A DNA stretch of 64,000 nt from Scyliorhinus canicula (Eukaryota): positions 124,001 through 188,000 of the forward strand of contig NW_024055475.1 of the NCBI RefSeq assembly GCF_902713615.1, read 5' to 3'. The notes below the pieces were generated by a model. It did not search any database. It was not told the origin of the DNA and saw nothing but the letters and a program-made list of their open reading frames with translations. The position numbers were made by a program, and so were the translations under genes. Shown in pieces: positions 11,526 to 21,784 of the stretch. Position 1 is the stretch's first letter, and the number at the start of each line of letters is the position of its first letter.

Positions 11526-12372
11526 CCCACTCAGTCCAACCCCACCTTACTAACTATGGTGCGTTCTGTACCCCTCCAGTCCAGCCTATCTCTCCGAATC
11601 CGGTCCAGCCTGACCCCCCCCCCCCCACACACTACAGTCCAGCCTGACCGTTCTCCCTCCGATCCCACTCGACTCCTGCAGCTCCCATTCGAACCCGCAT
11701 TCCCTGTTCCAGAAGAGGCCCTATAGTGTGAAGCGACCCCACCTTGTGACCCGATACTCCTCCGGTCTGAGCAGACCCCCTCCCTTGCTGTTCAATCACC
11801 GCGCCCCGCCCCCCATCCCCAGTGTGCCCCCCCCCCGTACATCCGATACCCCACCTTGTCTGTCCCACTTACCTTTTTAATTGTCCCTTTAAACACTCCC
11901 CTTCCGGCAGCTCGTGCCGCAAAAATGAGGGCTTCTTACCTCACTGAGCCTCAGCTGCCCCACGCTGGACAAAGATAGATATCTTCTTGATTAATAAGGG
12001 GATCAGGGTTATGACGAATGCAGGGAAATGGGGATGAGAAGCACATCCGCCGTGATTGACCGGCGGAGCAATCGTGATGGGCCAAATGGCCACATTCTGC
12101 TCCTATGTCTTATGGGCTTATGTTCCAGAAATTGGACAGGTATTTATAAGCGCACATTGCAGTGATTGTCGCTGCCGCCAGGGGGCAGTGATATTTAGTG
12201 AAGACAATGTTATGGAGGGAGCCAATGCGGAAACAGAAACATTATTTTAACGCTCATATGTAAATTGAATTTTTTAAAAAGTTATTTATTATCATGTGTT
12301 TTCACTGCTGTTACTGTTGGAATGTTACAAATGTCCGATAGATAGACGAGTTCGCATTTGACGGGTTCACGC

Positions 12373-12684
12373 GGGGCCGCACGGTAGCATGGTGGTTAGC
12401 ATAAATGCTTCACAGCTCCAGGGTCCCAGGTTCGATTCCCGGCTGGAATCACTGTCTGTGCGGAGTCTGTACGCTCTCTCCGGGTGCTCTGGTTTCCTCC
12501 CACAGTCCAAAGATGTGCGGGTTAGGTGGATTAGCCATGCTAAATTGCCCGTAGTGTCTTAAAAAGTAAGGTTAAGGGGGAGTTGTTGGGTTACGGGTAT
12601 AGGGTGGATACGTGGGTTTGAGTAGGGTGATCATTGCTCGGCACAACGTCGAGGGCCGAAGGGCCTGTACTGTTCTATGTTCTA
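12373..12684 (+). mobile_element. HE1-like SINE
   Basis: Head, body and (TTCTATG) tail. Confidence 0.85.
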
Positions 12685-13145
12685 AAATGATATAAGGATA
12701 TTTGTCTTGACAAACGGACTTGCAGGAAGAGTGAGTGAGCAAAAGGCACCGCAATCGTTGGACAGCAGACAGGAAAGTGAGATTTAGTCTCTCCCTCAAA
12801 AAAATAGCTATAACAGGAAGGAGGGAACCTGTTCTCATTCGTGACTATATCGTGAACTGCAACTTGTTGGCAGTTCGTGAATAATTGCACCATGCACTTA
12901 CCAGTTCACACCGCCAGAGGGCAGTGTGATGTATGAAAAGTATTTAAGGTGATGGTCAGTGTGTGCTCTCAGTGCGAGCTGGTGTCAATGTGAAAGGTGG
13001 TTAAACCTTAAGTACTCAGCTTAGATCAACAGCAACACGTGACTAGGTGAACCCGAAGTTAGTGTTTGGTTCCCGGTTAATTTTTCAGAATATAGTATTC
13101 ATCTCCCGGTTCTGAGCCGAGCTCGGTATTGCGTGTGAACTGATA

Positions 13146-13478
13146 ATGCTTCGGGTTCACACATTCATTTTGCTGTGTTTCACTCTGATCTGCACGGAGG
13201 TGACCGGAGAAGATGAGGTGCAGCAGCTCCCTGGGTGGATGGTTGTTAGTGAAGCGGGTAATGTGTCCATGAACTGCACCAGCAGTGTTGCATTTAACAT
13301 CGTATTCTGGTACAGACAGTACCCGAACCAGGCACCCCAGCATCTGCTGATGGCCACAAGAGGAACCGATCAACACGGGAGGATTACAGCTTCAATCGGT
13401 GGAGACAACAAGCTCAGTATCCTGACTGTGAGAGAGGCGCATGTTACGGACGCTGCCACCTATCTCTGCGCTGTGAGG
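13146..13478 (+). CDS. TRAV: TCR alpha/delta V gene with leader and V in one exon (intronless); apparently functional
   Basis: MLRVHTFILLCFTLICTEVTG-EDEVQQLP...MNC...FWYRQYPNQAP...DAATYLCAVR is continuous, with a signal-peptide-like N terminus. Confidence 0.9.
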
Positions 13479-13517
13479 CACAGTGTAACTTACAGAGGGA
13501 GACCCCATACAAAAACC
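13479..13517 (+). other. Consensus 23-RSS (CACAGTG-23-ACAAAAACC)
   Basis: Perfect heptamer and nonamer, 23-nt spacer. Confidence 0.95.
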
Positions 13518-14156
13518 TGCACCGCCTTACAAAGCCGCTTCACTGTGGCTGCAATATCGGCGTTTCATGAAGCGGGGTGTTGTATTCCATGGGAAGGGGG
13601 AATGAGAACAACACGTATATAGAAGCAGAAGAGTGAAAGAGGGAGAAATATGAAGAGAGTTGGAAATATAGTCGAAGAAAGAGAAAGTGTTAACATATTA
13701 CCGGAATGAGTGAAAGAACAGCACAGAACATTCTGTAACAATGAAAAGAGAAGTGGAAAAAAGTGAAAAATAACGAGTGTGATGCAGAGTTAACGATCAG
13801 TTAAAAGCATAAATGAAGTGACTCAGAAATAATGTAAAACGGCCTTAACAGCATTCAATCTTCCTTGATATTTCGACATTTTATGGTTTGAAAAGCGGCT
13901 TCTGAAGAAGTGCCATTGGATATTGCTCTATAAATTAATTTACACCCTTTCCACCGTTCTGCCCATGTAAATCCCTCCCACTGGGAACCCGGCCAGAGGG
14001 CGAGGTGGTCCCAAAGTATTTCCTGTTATCAACGTCAAACTATCGACAAAGGACTCGCGGTAACGCTGCGAGCTCCCGTCCCGATAAATAACAACAATAA
14101 CGTCAGGGTTACAGCAGCCAGGAGGAGAATGGAATTTTACTGGGAAGGAAATACTT

Positions 14157-14214
14157 ACTGAGAAGTGAGATAATGATGAGCATCTGAGCGAGCCGGTTCC
14201 CCATCATCCTTCCT
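14157..14214 (-). pseudogene. Orphan V leader exon (MMGNRLAQMLIIISLL) with intact donor but no adjacent V exon
   Basis: Reverse strand ATGATGGGGAACCGGCTCGCTCAGATGCTCATCATTATCTCACTTCTCA|GTAAGT, paralogous to the leader at 18017; intron homology stops after about 70 bp. Confidence 0.75.
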
Positions 14215-14270
14215 GAGTCTGGAACTCTGCAGTGAGAGGAATCCTCTGTCAGAGACAGAAATACCGATTC

Positions 14271-14462
14271 CCGTCACACTGCATTGCTCATCCAGCCAAT
14301 GGCAGAGGCAGAAATGCAGACCTCCGTCACACTGCATTGCTGATCCAGCCAATGGCAGAGGCAGAAATACAGATCCCCGTCACACTGCATTGCTCATCCG
14401 ACCAATGGCAGAGGCAGAAATACAGATCCCCGTCACACTGCATTACTCATCCGAACAATGGC
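14271..14462. repeat. About 53-bp tandem amplification (about 3.6 copies) of a CCAAT-containing promoter segment
   Basis: Unit CCGTCACACTGCATTGCTCATCCAGCCAATGGCAGAGGCAGAAATACAGATCC; single copy in the paralog near 17915-17965. Confidence 0.85.
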
Positions 14463-14699
14463 AGCGACAACAACTTCTCCACTGACACAATTGGGTCAGA
14501 GCGAGAGCAGCAACCGCAAGCTGTGGGCGGGGATACCGCAGTCTCAGAGTGACGTGTGTGCTGACTCTCAGCTGCACTCGGAGCGGAAATAGGAAGGGAT
14601 GAATCTGCAGAAGACTGTGACCATCCTGCACCTGCTCACTGTTCAAGCCACTGAGAAGAAATCGAGCGGGAGGGCCATAAAGCAACTGAGGCCCATTTA

Positions 14700-14951
14700 A
14701 CACGGCTTCTGACACTAGACACTGTGTCACTGGATCTGCAAATAGTCTGCCTGTCAATGTAAAGCATCAAAAGAGCAGAAGGATAAACAAATCTGCCAAA
14801 ATTTGTTCTCCGTGGGCCTGGGATGAAATTAACCCGGCTGATGGAGGTAAACCTCTATTAACTGTATGAGTGTGCGTCAATTCTCATCAATCTGTTAAAC
14901 TGTACTGATGAGTATAATCTAGTACTTACTGTGCAAGAGCACTGCCAGCAT
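14700..14951 (-). pseudogene. Truncated V (ADPVTQ family): short leader 14930-14951, V exon 5' relic 14700-14750
   Basis: ATG CTG GCA GTG CTC TTG CAC A|GTAAGT; acceptor GACAG|GC AGA CTA TTT GCA GAT CCA GTG ACA CAG; paralog of the Vs at 21010 and 28306. Confidence 0.75.
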
Positions 14952-15479
14952 TTTGAGTGATTGAATCGCTCAGTGAATGGGAATGAAATGAGTCAGATTT
15001 TTGGAAGGAGAGAGAGCCCGGATTCTGTTCAGTTCATTGTTCCACCCACACACAGCAGGGGGTCAGGCCCATTGTGACATCACTGAGGATACCTCTGTTG
15101 TTGGTCTCATGTGACCTTCTAATCATCATGCTTGGGCTTTGCGCCCTCTGCTGGTGGATTCTGTCCAATCTGGTTCCGAATGGGGGTTACTGGATGGACC
15201 CAAGGTTTATAATATAGTAATCTTTATTGTCACAAGTAGGCTTACATTAACACTGTAATTATTGATTTGTTTGTCAAAACATCAATGTCAGGAATGAGAA
15301 TTGACTATTTAAATCTGGATCCTGCTCATTATTTCTTTCTCTGACCCAGGTCCAACACTGAGAGTCCGGCCGGTCGCACCTATCCCAGAGCTCGAATAGG
15401 AATCCAGTGTATTCTGGCTTTCCAGTCCCCTGAGACAACCCCAACCGTCGTTCGCAGACAACATGAAAATGGGTGGTGT

Positions 15480-15960
15480 TCTAAATAGCGAGGAGGAAAG
15501 GTTTAGATTTCAGGATGATATAAGCGGACGGGCCAGATGGGCAGGACAGTGGCAAGTGGAGTTTAACCCTGAAAAGGATGAGGTGATGCATTTTGGGAGG
15601 ACTAACAATGCAAGAAAATACAGAATGAACGGCAGGACGCCAAGAAGTATAGAAGCAAGAGGACCTTGGGGTTCATGTCCGTAGATCCCCGAAGGCAACA
15701 GGACAAGTACTTAAGGTGGAGAAGATGACATATGGGATGCTTGTCTTTATTAGCCGACGCATGGAACATAAGAGTCGGGAGGTTATTATGGAGCTGTATA
15801 AAACGCTGGTTAGACCGCAGCTGGCGTATTTTGTGCACATCTGGTCGCCACATTATGGGAAAGATGTCATTGCACCAGAGAGGGTGCAGAGGAGATTAAT
15901 GAGACAGCGTATATTTAAGAAACTCATTACATATGGACTAAGTTCTTGGAGGGGAATATG
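15480..15960 (+). mobile_element. CR1 LINE RT fragment, degenerate
   Basis: WQVEFNPEKDEVMHFGR and LYKTLVRPQLAYFVHIWSPHY motifs. Confidence 0.85.
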
Positions 15961-16099
15961 AGAGATGCGAGAAGGTCATGATATATCAATATAATTTTTT
16001 TCTGTTCTATTAGTGTTATTTTAGCAATGCCATGATAAAATAAATCAACCTATAGCCTGATTTAATGGGGGGGGGTGTCGTTTGGGGCGCGATTGGCAG

Positions 16100-16740
16100 G
16101 ATGTTTCTCAATGGCCGCATTGGCGAGATCGCAGCCCATATTTAAGGGCACTTGGTGTTGGAAAGTAGCCCCCATCAGCTTCTCACCATTACTGGCTGCC
16201 ACGTCGTCAGATTCGCTGGATCCGCACCTCATCTAAGGAGGGGGGTGGGGGGAGGGCTGCTCTTAAATGCTCCCTCACCATTCACTGCAGTCAACACGCA
16301 AGCATGGCAATATGTAGAGCTGCACCTCGCTTTGGCGATGCCTACCTGGCCAAGCTTCTCGATGCTGTGGATACAGGAGATGGGACATCGTGTTCCGCGG
16401 GGGGGGGGGGGGGTCAGAGGGCCAGCAGCAGGGGCACCAATACCACCTGGGAGGCAGTGACAACGACTGTCAGTGGGACAGCATGACAAGGGGGACCGTC
16501 GTCCAATGTAGGAAAAAGACCAATGACCTTCAGTGACCTGCAAGGGTAAGTTACCACCTCTCTCTTGGCATCAGGTCCGCCTTCCACCCCTCAACACATG
16601 GCTGGCTGACACCTTGCACCCACTAGTCGTTGTGCTTGCTCCTCAGAACTCACTGGCACCCAGCATCACAACCCCTTGTTGTCCAGGTGAGGTGCTCACA
16701 CATACGATCTGCTATAGAACTCCCCTGCCAGCCCTGAGGC
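16100..16740 (+). mobile_element. Probable PIF/Harbinger-associated Myb/SANT-like relic
   Basis: RAAPRFGDAYLAKLLDAV...WEAV resembles the MSANTD/Harbinger DNA-binding domain N terminus. Confidence 0.5.
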
Positions 16741-17270
16741 GTGGAACATAAGAGTAGGGAGGTTATTATGGAGCTGTATAGAAGGCTGGTTAACCCGCCG
16801 CTGGAGTATTGTCTGCACATCTGGTCACCACATTATGGGAAGAATATAATTGCACCAGAGAGGGTGCAGAGGAGATTAATCAGGAAGCTTTCTGGACTGG
16901 AGTGTTTCAGTTGTGAGAGAGGCTGAAGAGGCTGGGATTATTGCCCTTAAAGCAGAGAATGTTGCGGAGGAACTGATCGAGGTGTTCAAAATTCTGAGGA
17001 ACACAGATAGGAAGAAACTTTTCCCCTCAGTAGAGCGGGCAACAACCAGGGGGCATAGATTTAAGGTAAGGGGTAGGAATTTGGAAGGAATTTAAGCGTA
17101 GTGAGAACCTGGAACACACTCTTAAGAAGCGTTGAGATGAGGACTTGGAACGCTATAACATAGAAGGCTACGGACCAAGTGCGAGGAAATTGCTTTAGAC
17201 TATATCGGTACTTGATGGCCGGGGCAAACACAATGGGCCAAAGGGCCTGTTCTTTGCTGTAAAACTCGAC
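16741..17270 (+). mobile_element. CR1 LINE 3' fragment
   Basis: PHYGKNIIAPERVQRR, TTRGHRFKVRG; first 130 bp duplicate 15765-15900. Confidence 0.85.
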
Positions 17271-17719
17271 GACTAAGGGGCCTGAGGCAGGGAAACTGAT
17301 GATGGCGCCACACGGCCCAAAGAAAGTGGAGGAGAGACTGAACGGAGCTGCTGAAATGTAAGTGGATTGTTAATGAAGATCACACGGAGCTGTTTCCTCG
17401 AGCAGATCCTTAGATAATACAACCATTGATGAGAAATAAAGACGAGGACAATTCCGTCTATTACACTGCGATTTGTTAAACTATAGAGGGCGGATCTAAA
17501 TAAAGGCAGAAGAATATTCAACAATAACTTTAAGAAGTAACTACACAAATGTAACGGGAATAACTGGGGTATGTAGAAAATGCTGTTTTTGAAAGAAGAA
17601 TAAAATAATGATTTCAAAGTGTATCGGGCAATATAGATCGTGTGGACTCATCGCTGACTAGAACATTCTAAATTCTAGTCCATTCATCTCTCTCCCGATC
17701 TATTTCTTCTCATGGACTT

Positions 17720-18016
17720 GCACGATGAGCAGGATGGTTACGGTGTAGGGAAGATTCAACCGTCGCTATTTCCGCTCCATCAATTCCGAGTGCAGCTGAG
17801 AGTCACCGCACACTTCACTCAATATTCAGACTGCGGTATCCCCGCCCACTGCTTCCGGTTGCTGCTCTCATTCTGACCCAATTGTGTTACTGGAGAGATT
17901 GCTGTTGCTGGTTCATTCCTCTCATTGGTCGGACCAGCAGTGCAGTGTGACGGGGTCTGTATTTCTGTCTCTGACAGAGGGTTTCTCTCATTGTAGAATT
18001 ACAAACTCAAAGTATT
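17720..18016 (+). promoter_or_regulatory. V promoter module (E-box CAGCTG, CGCTATTTCCGCTCC core); copies near 3780, 14200-14660 (-), 26200 and 29600
   Basis: Sequence homology among five copies; this copy lies directly upstream of an intact leader. Confidence 0.6.
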
Positions 18017-18521
18017 ATGGGCAACCGTCTCGCTTCGCTCCTCATCTTTATCTCACTTCTCAGTAAGTATTTCCATCCCAGTAACACTCCATTCCCTTCC
18101 TGAGTGTTGTAACCCAGGTGTTATTGTTGGTAAAATGGCAGAGATTATTTCGCTGATTATTTCATTGCTTAATATGAAGCTGACTCTGATTGTCATTCTC
18201 GCTGTTACTTCTGTTAGAATGGAGCCACCAAGACTCCGTGGAACAAAAGGAACCTGAAATAACGGTTACAGAGGAAAGTGAAGTCACATTAACCTGCACC
18301 TTGGAAACAAGTGATCCTAACCCTTTTGTGTACTGGTACAGTCAGCAACCCGGGAAAGCTCCAATGTACATGTTTCGAATTATTGGACAGACTGTGCAAA
18401 GGAACACCGACCTCAGTGATCGGTTTTCTTCTACGTTTGATAAAAGGAACAAGACTACCGAGCTAACGATCAGTAACACAATGATCTCCGACAGCGCCGT
18501 GTATTTCTGTGCCATGAAGCC
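18017..18521 (+). CDS. TRAV: TCR alpha/delta V gene (leader 18017-18062, V exon 18218-18521); apparently functional
   Basis: MGNRLASLLIFISLL-K|WSHQDSVEQKEP...TLTC...VYWYSQQPGKAP...SDSAVYFCAMKP; GT/AG phase-1 intron. Confidence 0.92.
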
Positions 18522-18561
18522 CACACTGCTGCCGAGATATGTTGGAACCCGTACAAAAACC
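18522..18561 (+). other. RSS with 24-bp spacer (CACACTG-24-ACAAAAACC)
   Basis: Spacer CTGCCGAGATATGTTGGAACCCGT counts 24 nt. Confidence 0.85.
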
Positions 18562-18586
18562 CCACACTGGCAGTTACACCCACTGC

Positions 18587-18600
18587 TCAGCAGGGGGCGC
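18587..18600 (+). promoter_or_regulatory. CTCF-like motif 25 bp downstream of the RSS
   Basis: TCAGCAGGGGGCGC vs core consensus CCASYAGRKGGCRS. Confidence 0.65.
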
Positions 18601-18756
18601 GTCCTCATCGATAGTTCCGTTTCCATAGTGACAGTGACACAAATTGTAACAACGCACAACACTAAAAAGCATCAGTAGTGAGGCCCACCTGCACAGTTAT
18701 ACAAGTTTACGATTGCAACTCGCATTCAGAACATTAAAAAAAAATTAAAGTACGCA

Positions 18757-18925
18757 ATCAATTTTTCTAATTAATGGGCAATTTAGCATGGTCAATCCAC
18801 CTACCCTGTACATCTTTGTGTTGTGGGGGCGAAACCCACGCAAACATGGGGAGAATGTGCAAACTCCACACGGTCAGTGACCCAGGGCCGGGATCAAACC
18901 TGGGACCTCGGCGCCATGAGGCATA
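18757..18925 (-). mobile_element. HE1-like SINE fragment
   Basis: Reverse body match. Confidence 0.75.
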
Positions 18926-19189
18926 ACATATGTAAGAATAATGAATGGATCTTCGATACCTTAACTCCTGCTTCTTGTTCATATCTTGGTGTGCAAACTC
19001 ACTCTCTCAGTAAACTATCAGGTGTCACTGAACTACAATAAATACAGCAACTTCTATTCATGTCGAACTTTTCGCACAATAAACTGTCCCGAGGGATTTT
19101 ACAGGAACGATGGACATATTCAGTCATATGATCAAAAGCTTGGTCAAAGAGATTGGTTAGAAGGAGAGTCTTAAAGGAACACTGATTGC

Positions 19190-19345
19190 TCATCCAGAGT
19201 GTACATAATTATGAGAGACATGGATAGAGTAGATGGGAAGAAACTTTCCCCCGTAGTAATGGTGTCAATAACCAGTTGGCACAGATTAAAGGTAAGGAGT
19301 TGGAGATTTCGAGAGGATTTGTGGGAGAACGTTTTCACCCAGACG
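19190..19345 (+). mobile_element. CR1 LINE 3' fragment
   Basis: MRDMDRVDGKKL...HRLKVRSWRFREDLWENVFTQTVVGIWNS. Confidence 0.8.
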
Positions 19346-20109
19346 GTGGTGGGAATCTGGAACTCACAGCCTTCATCTCCGATTTTAATCACTCCGCCAT
19401 CGCTGGCCGTGCCTTCACCTGCCTGGACACAAAGCTCTGGAATTTCCTCCCTGGACCTCTCCACCCTTCCACTTTGAGTCATAGAGCCAAAGAGCTTTAC
19501 AGCGCAAAATTAGGCCCTTTGCGCAGTGTGCATGCGCTGGCCATCAAACACCTTTCTACTCTAATTTAATATTCCAGCAGTTGGTCAATAGCCTTGCCTG
19601 CTATGGCGTTCGAAGTGCTCATCTAAATGCTTCTTCAATGTTGTGAGGTTTTCTGCCTCGATGATCCTTTCACGCATTGAGCCCCAGATTCCCATCACCC
19701 TCTGGGTCAAAATGGTTTCCTCAAATATCCTCTCAATCCTGCATCTTAACGTTAATCTATTCCCCCTGGTTATTCACCCTTCTACTAAGTGGAAAAGTTC
19801 GTTCCTATCGACCCAATCAACGCCCCTCATTATTTTCAGACATAAACATTAACAATAAGGAAGGCAGTGTCTAAATAGCTGCAATTTAGATTTCTGGGAC
19901 TCATTTGTGGCTTGGTCTGTATTTCGGTAAACCCACAATCAACTCAACATCCGTATTGACAAAGAGCCACCGAGATTCGAAACGTTCGCTCCCTTCTCTC
20001 TCCACAGATGCTGCCAGACCTGCTGAAATTGTCCAGTTTTTGAGATTCCAGCAATAATTTACTTTTATTTACATTATCGATCGACAGATCGATTTTTATT
20101 CAAACCTAA

Positions 20110-20630
20110 ACCCGGCATCCTGTGCTCCCCATGTCACGGACTGATAATGCTGGCAGTGTTGTTAGATGAGTCTCTGCTATTCTACATTTCACGTGTAAGT
20201 AGCGCAGGAATTCTTTGTTCTTTTGGTTTATCGCCAATCGCTCTTGAGGGGGCAGTTATGCGTCAACCGCAGAGAATTACTCTGGGTCTCTGGATTTCTA
20301 GTTTAGTGACAATGCCACTTTGCCACCACCTCCCTCTGCTCTATTCTGCATTTCATTACTCACCGGGTGCCGAGGAGTCGGTGTCCCTGGGCTCAGCTGA
20401 GTTAAGGCTTCTGGAAGAACAGTCCGTACTTTCTGGTTATACTAACTCCACATCTGAGATCGTCCCTCTGCTGCTTGGTGGATATTCCGGGATTAAGGTT
20501 ACTGTAAATATCTCAGCATGAGAAGCCTCAACATTCTCCAAACTTCTCTATTGTTTATCGGCACAAGGGCGGAAGCACCAAAAGAACGTCCTGCTAAATC
20601 CACCTGACAGCGTTTGAAAAGTGAAAATCA
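20110..20630 (+). pseudogene. Decayed V (family of the 33531 V), tail-to-tail with the V at 20718
   Basis: GAEESVSLGSAELRLLEEQS resembles GEDAVFQDRSELKVLEGQ; leader relic with GT>AT donor near 20165; paralog at 27513. Confidence 0.6.
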
Positions 20631-20678
20631 AATTCTTCGCGCAGAAGGGACCTTAGTAGAGCTGTAAATACTCCCTGA

Positions 20679-20717
20679 GGTTTTTGTACGGTGCTCCAGC
20701 TGCTCTCTAACGCTGTG
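20679..20717 (-). other. 23-RSS (CACAGCG-23-ACAAAAACC)
   Basis: Heptamer 20711-20717, nonamer 20679-20687. Confidence 0.92.
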
Positions 20718-21421
20718 CCTCACTGCACAGTAATAGACCGCCCCGTCATCCACACTGAGGGCGCTTATATTGAGGGAATCTTTCTGTTTAGACTTGTCAG
20801 CAACCGCCAGATATCGTCCTGAAAGCTCAACTTTCTTCGACGCTAAGTTGTTAGCGATGATCCACATCGGTTGTTGTATCGGTTTCTGCTGATACCATAG
20901 CATGAAGTACATATCCTTGTCTGTATATTCACAATTCAACTGCGCAGAATCCCCTTCTGATGCGGTTATTGTCACCGGTAACTGAGTTACTGGATCTGCG
21001 CACAGTCCGCCTGTGAAGGGAAAGGATTAAATATCAAGAGCTGCTGTAAATTTGCTTGTATCTGAGTGAGATTGTGAAACCTCCCAATTGCACTTCATAT
21101 AGATATTTTCGATCATAATTATATTGCCATCGCTGTATATTAACATGTTAATCTGCATCGATGTTTATTATCCAGTACTTACCGTGCCACAGCGCCGCCA
21201 GTATTATCAGATGATGTGGAGATGCCGGCGTTGGACTGGGGTGAGCACAGTAAGAAGTCTTACAACACCAGGTTAAAGTCCAACAGGTTTGTTTCAAACA
21301 CGAGCTTTCGGAGCACGGCTCACCTGAAGAAGGAGCCGTGCTCCGAGAGCTCGTGTTTGAAACAAACCTGTTGGACTTTAACCTGGTGTTGTAAGACTTC
21401 TTACTGTATTATCAGAAACAT
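20718..21421 (-). pseudogene. TRAV: TCR V with intact V exon (20718-21010) but leader exon (21183-21421) split by a Penelope hairpin
   Basis: GGLCADPVTQLPV...QLNCEY...LWYQQKP...DDGAVYYCAVR is open; leader MFLII[insert]LIILAALWHG| now reads MFLIIQ-stop. Confidence 0.85.
21211..21406 (-). mobile_element. Penelope-derived palindromic element in the V leader
   Basis: Inverted arms; 9-bp TSD TATTATCAG at 21202-21210 and 21407-21415. Confidence 0.85.
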
Positions 21422-21784
21422 GCCAGACTGAATCTCTCTTAGAGACTGTGGAGAGAGGGAGCCCGGGCTCTGCTCAGCTCATTGCAAGGGGGAGGGGTTT
21501 GGGAGGCGGGGGAGGGGTGGGGGTTATTGTGACCTCACTGGTCTCCCAGCCATACATGTTTAGAGAAAACATTACGTGGTTTGTGACGCCCGTGCTTGAA
21601 TTCGACGCCTTCTGCTGGAAAATTCTGTTGAATCGAATTTTCCTGTTGAGTGGGTTCAGGGTTTGCTGCAAAACATACCAAGATTCAAATGCTACCCAGC
21701 AATAGAAATTGGAGCTATTTAGATACTGTCTTTGTTACTGTTAATGTTTATGCCAGAAAATTAAGCTAAATCTGTGGAAACCAT

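Noticed and set aside
11260-11647. Proline-rich repeat ORFs
   Set aside because: 24-bp minisatellite read-through
18563-18569. Second CACACTG heptamer just after the nonamer (also 33181-33187)
   Set aside because: No nonamer at 12 or 23 bp from it; better explained as part of the conserved RSS-CTCF spacer
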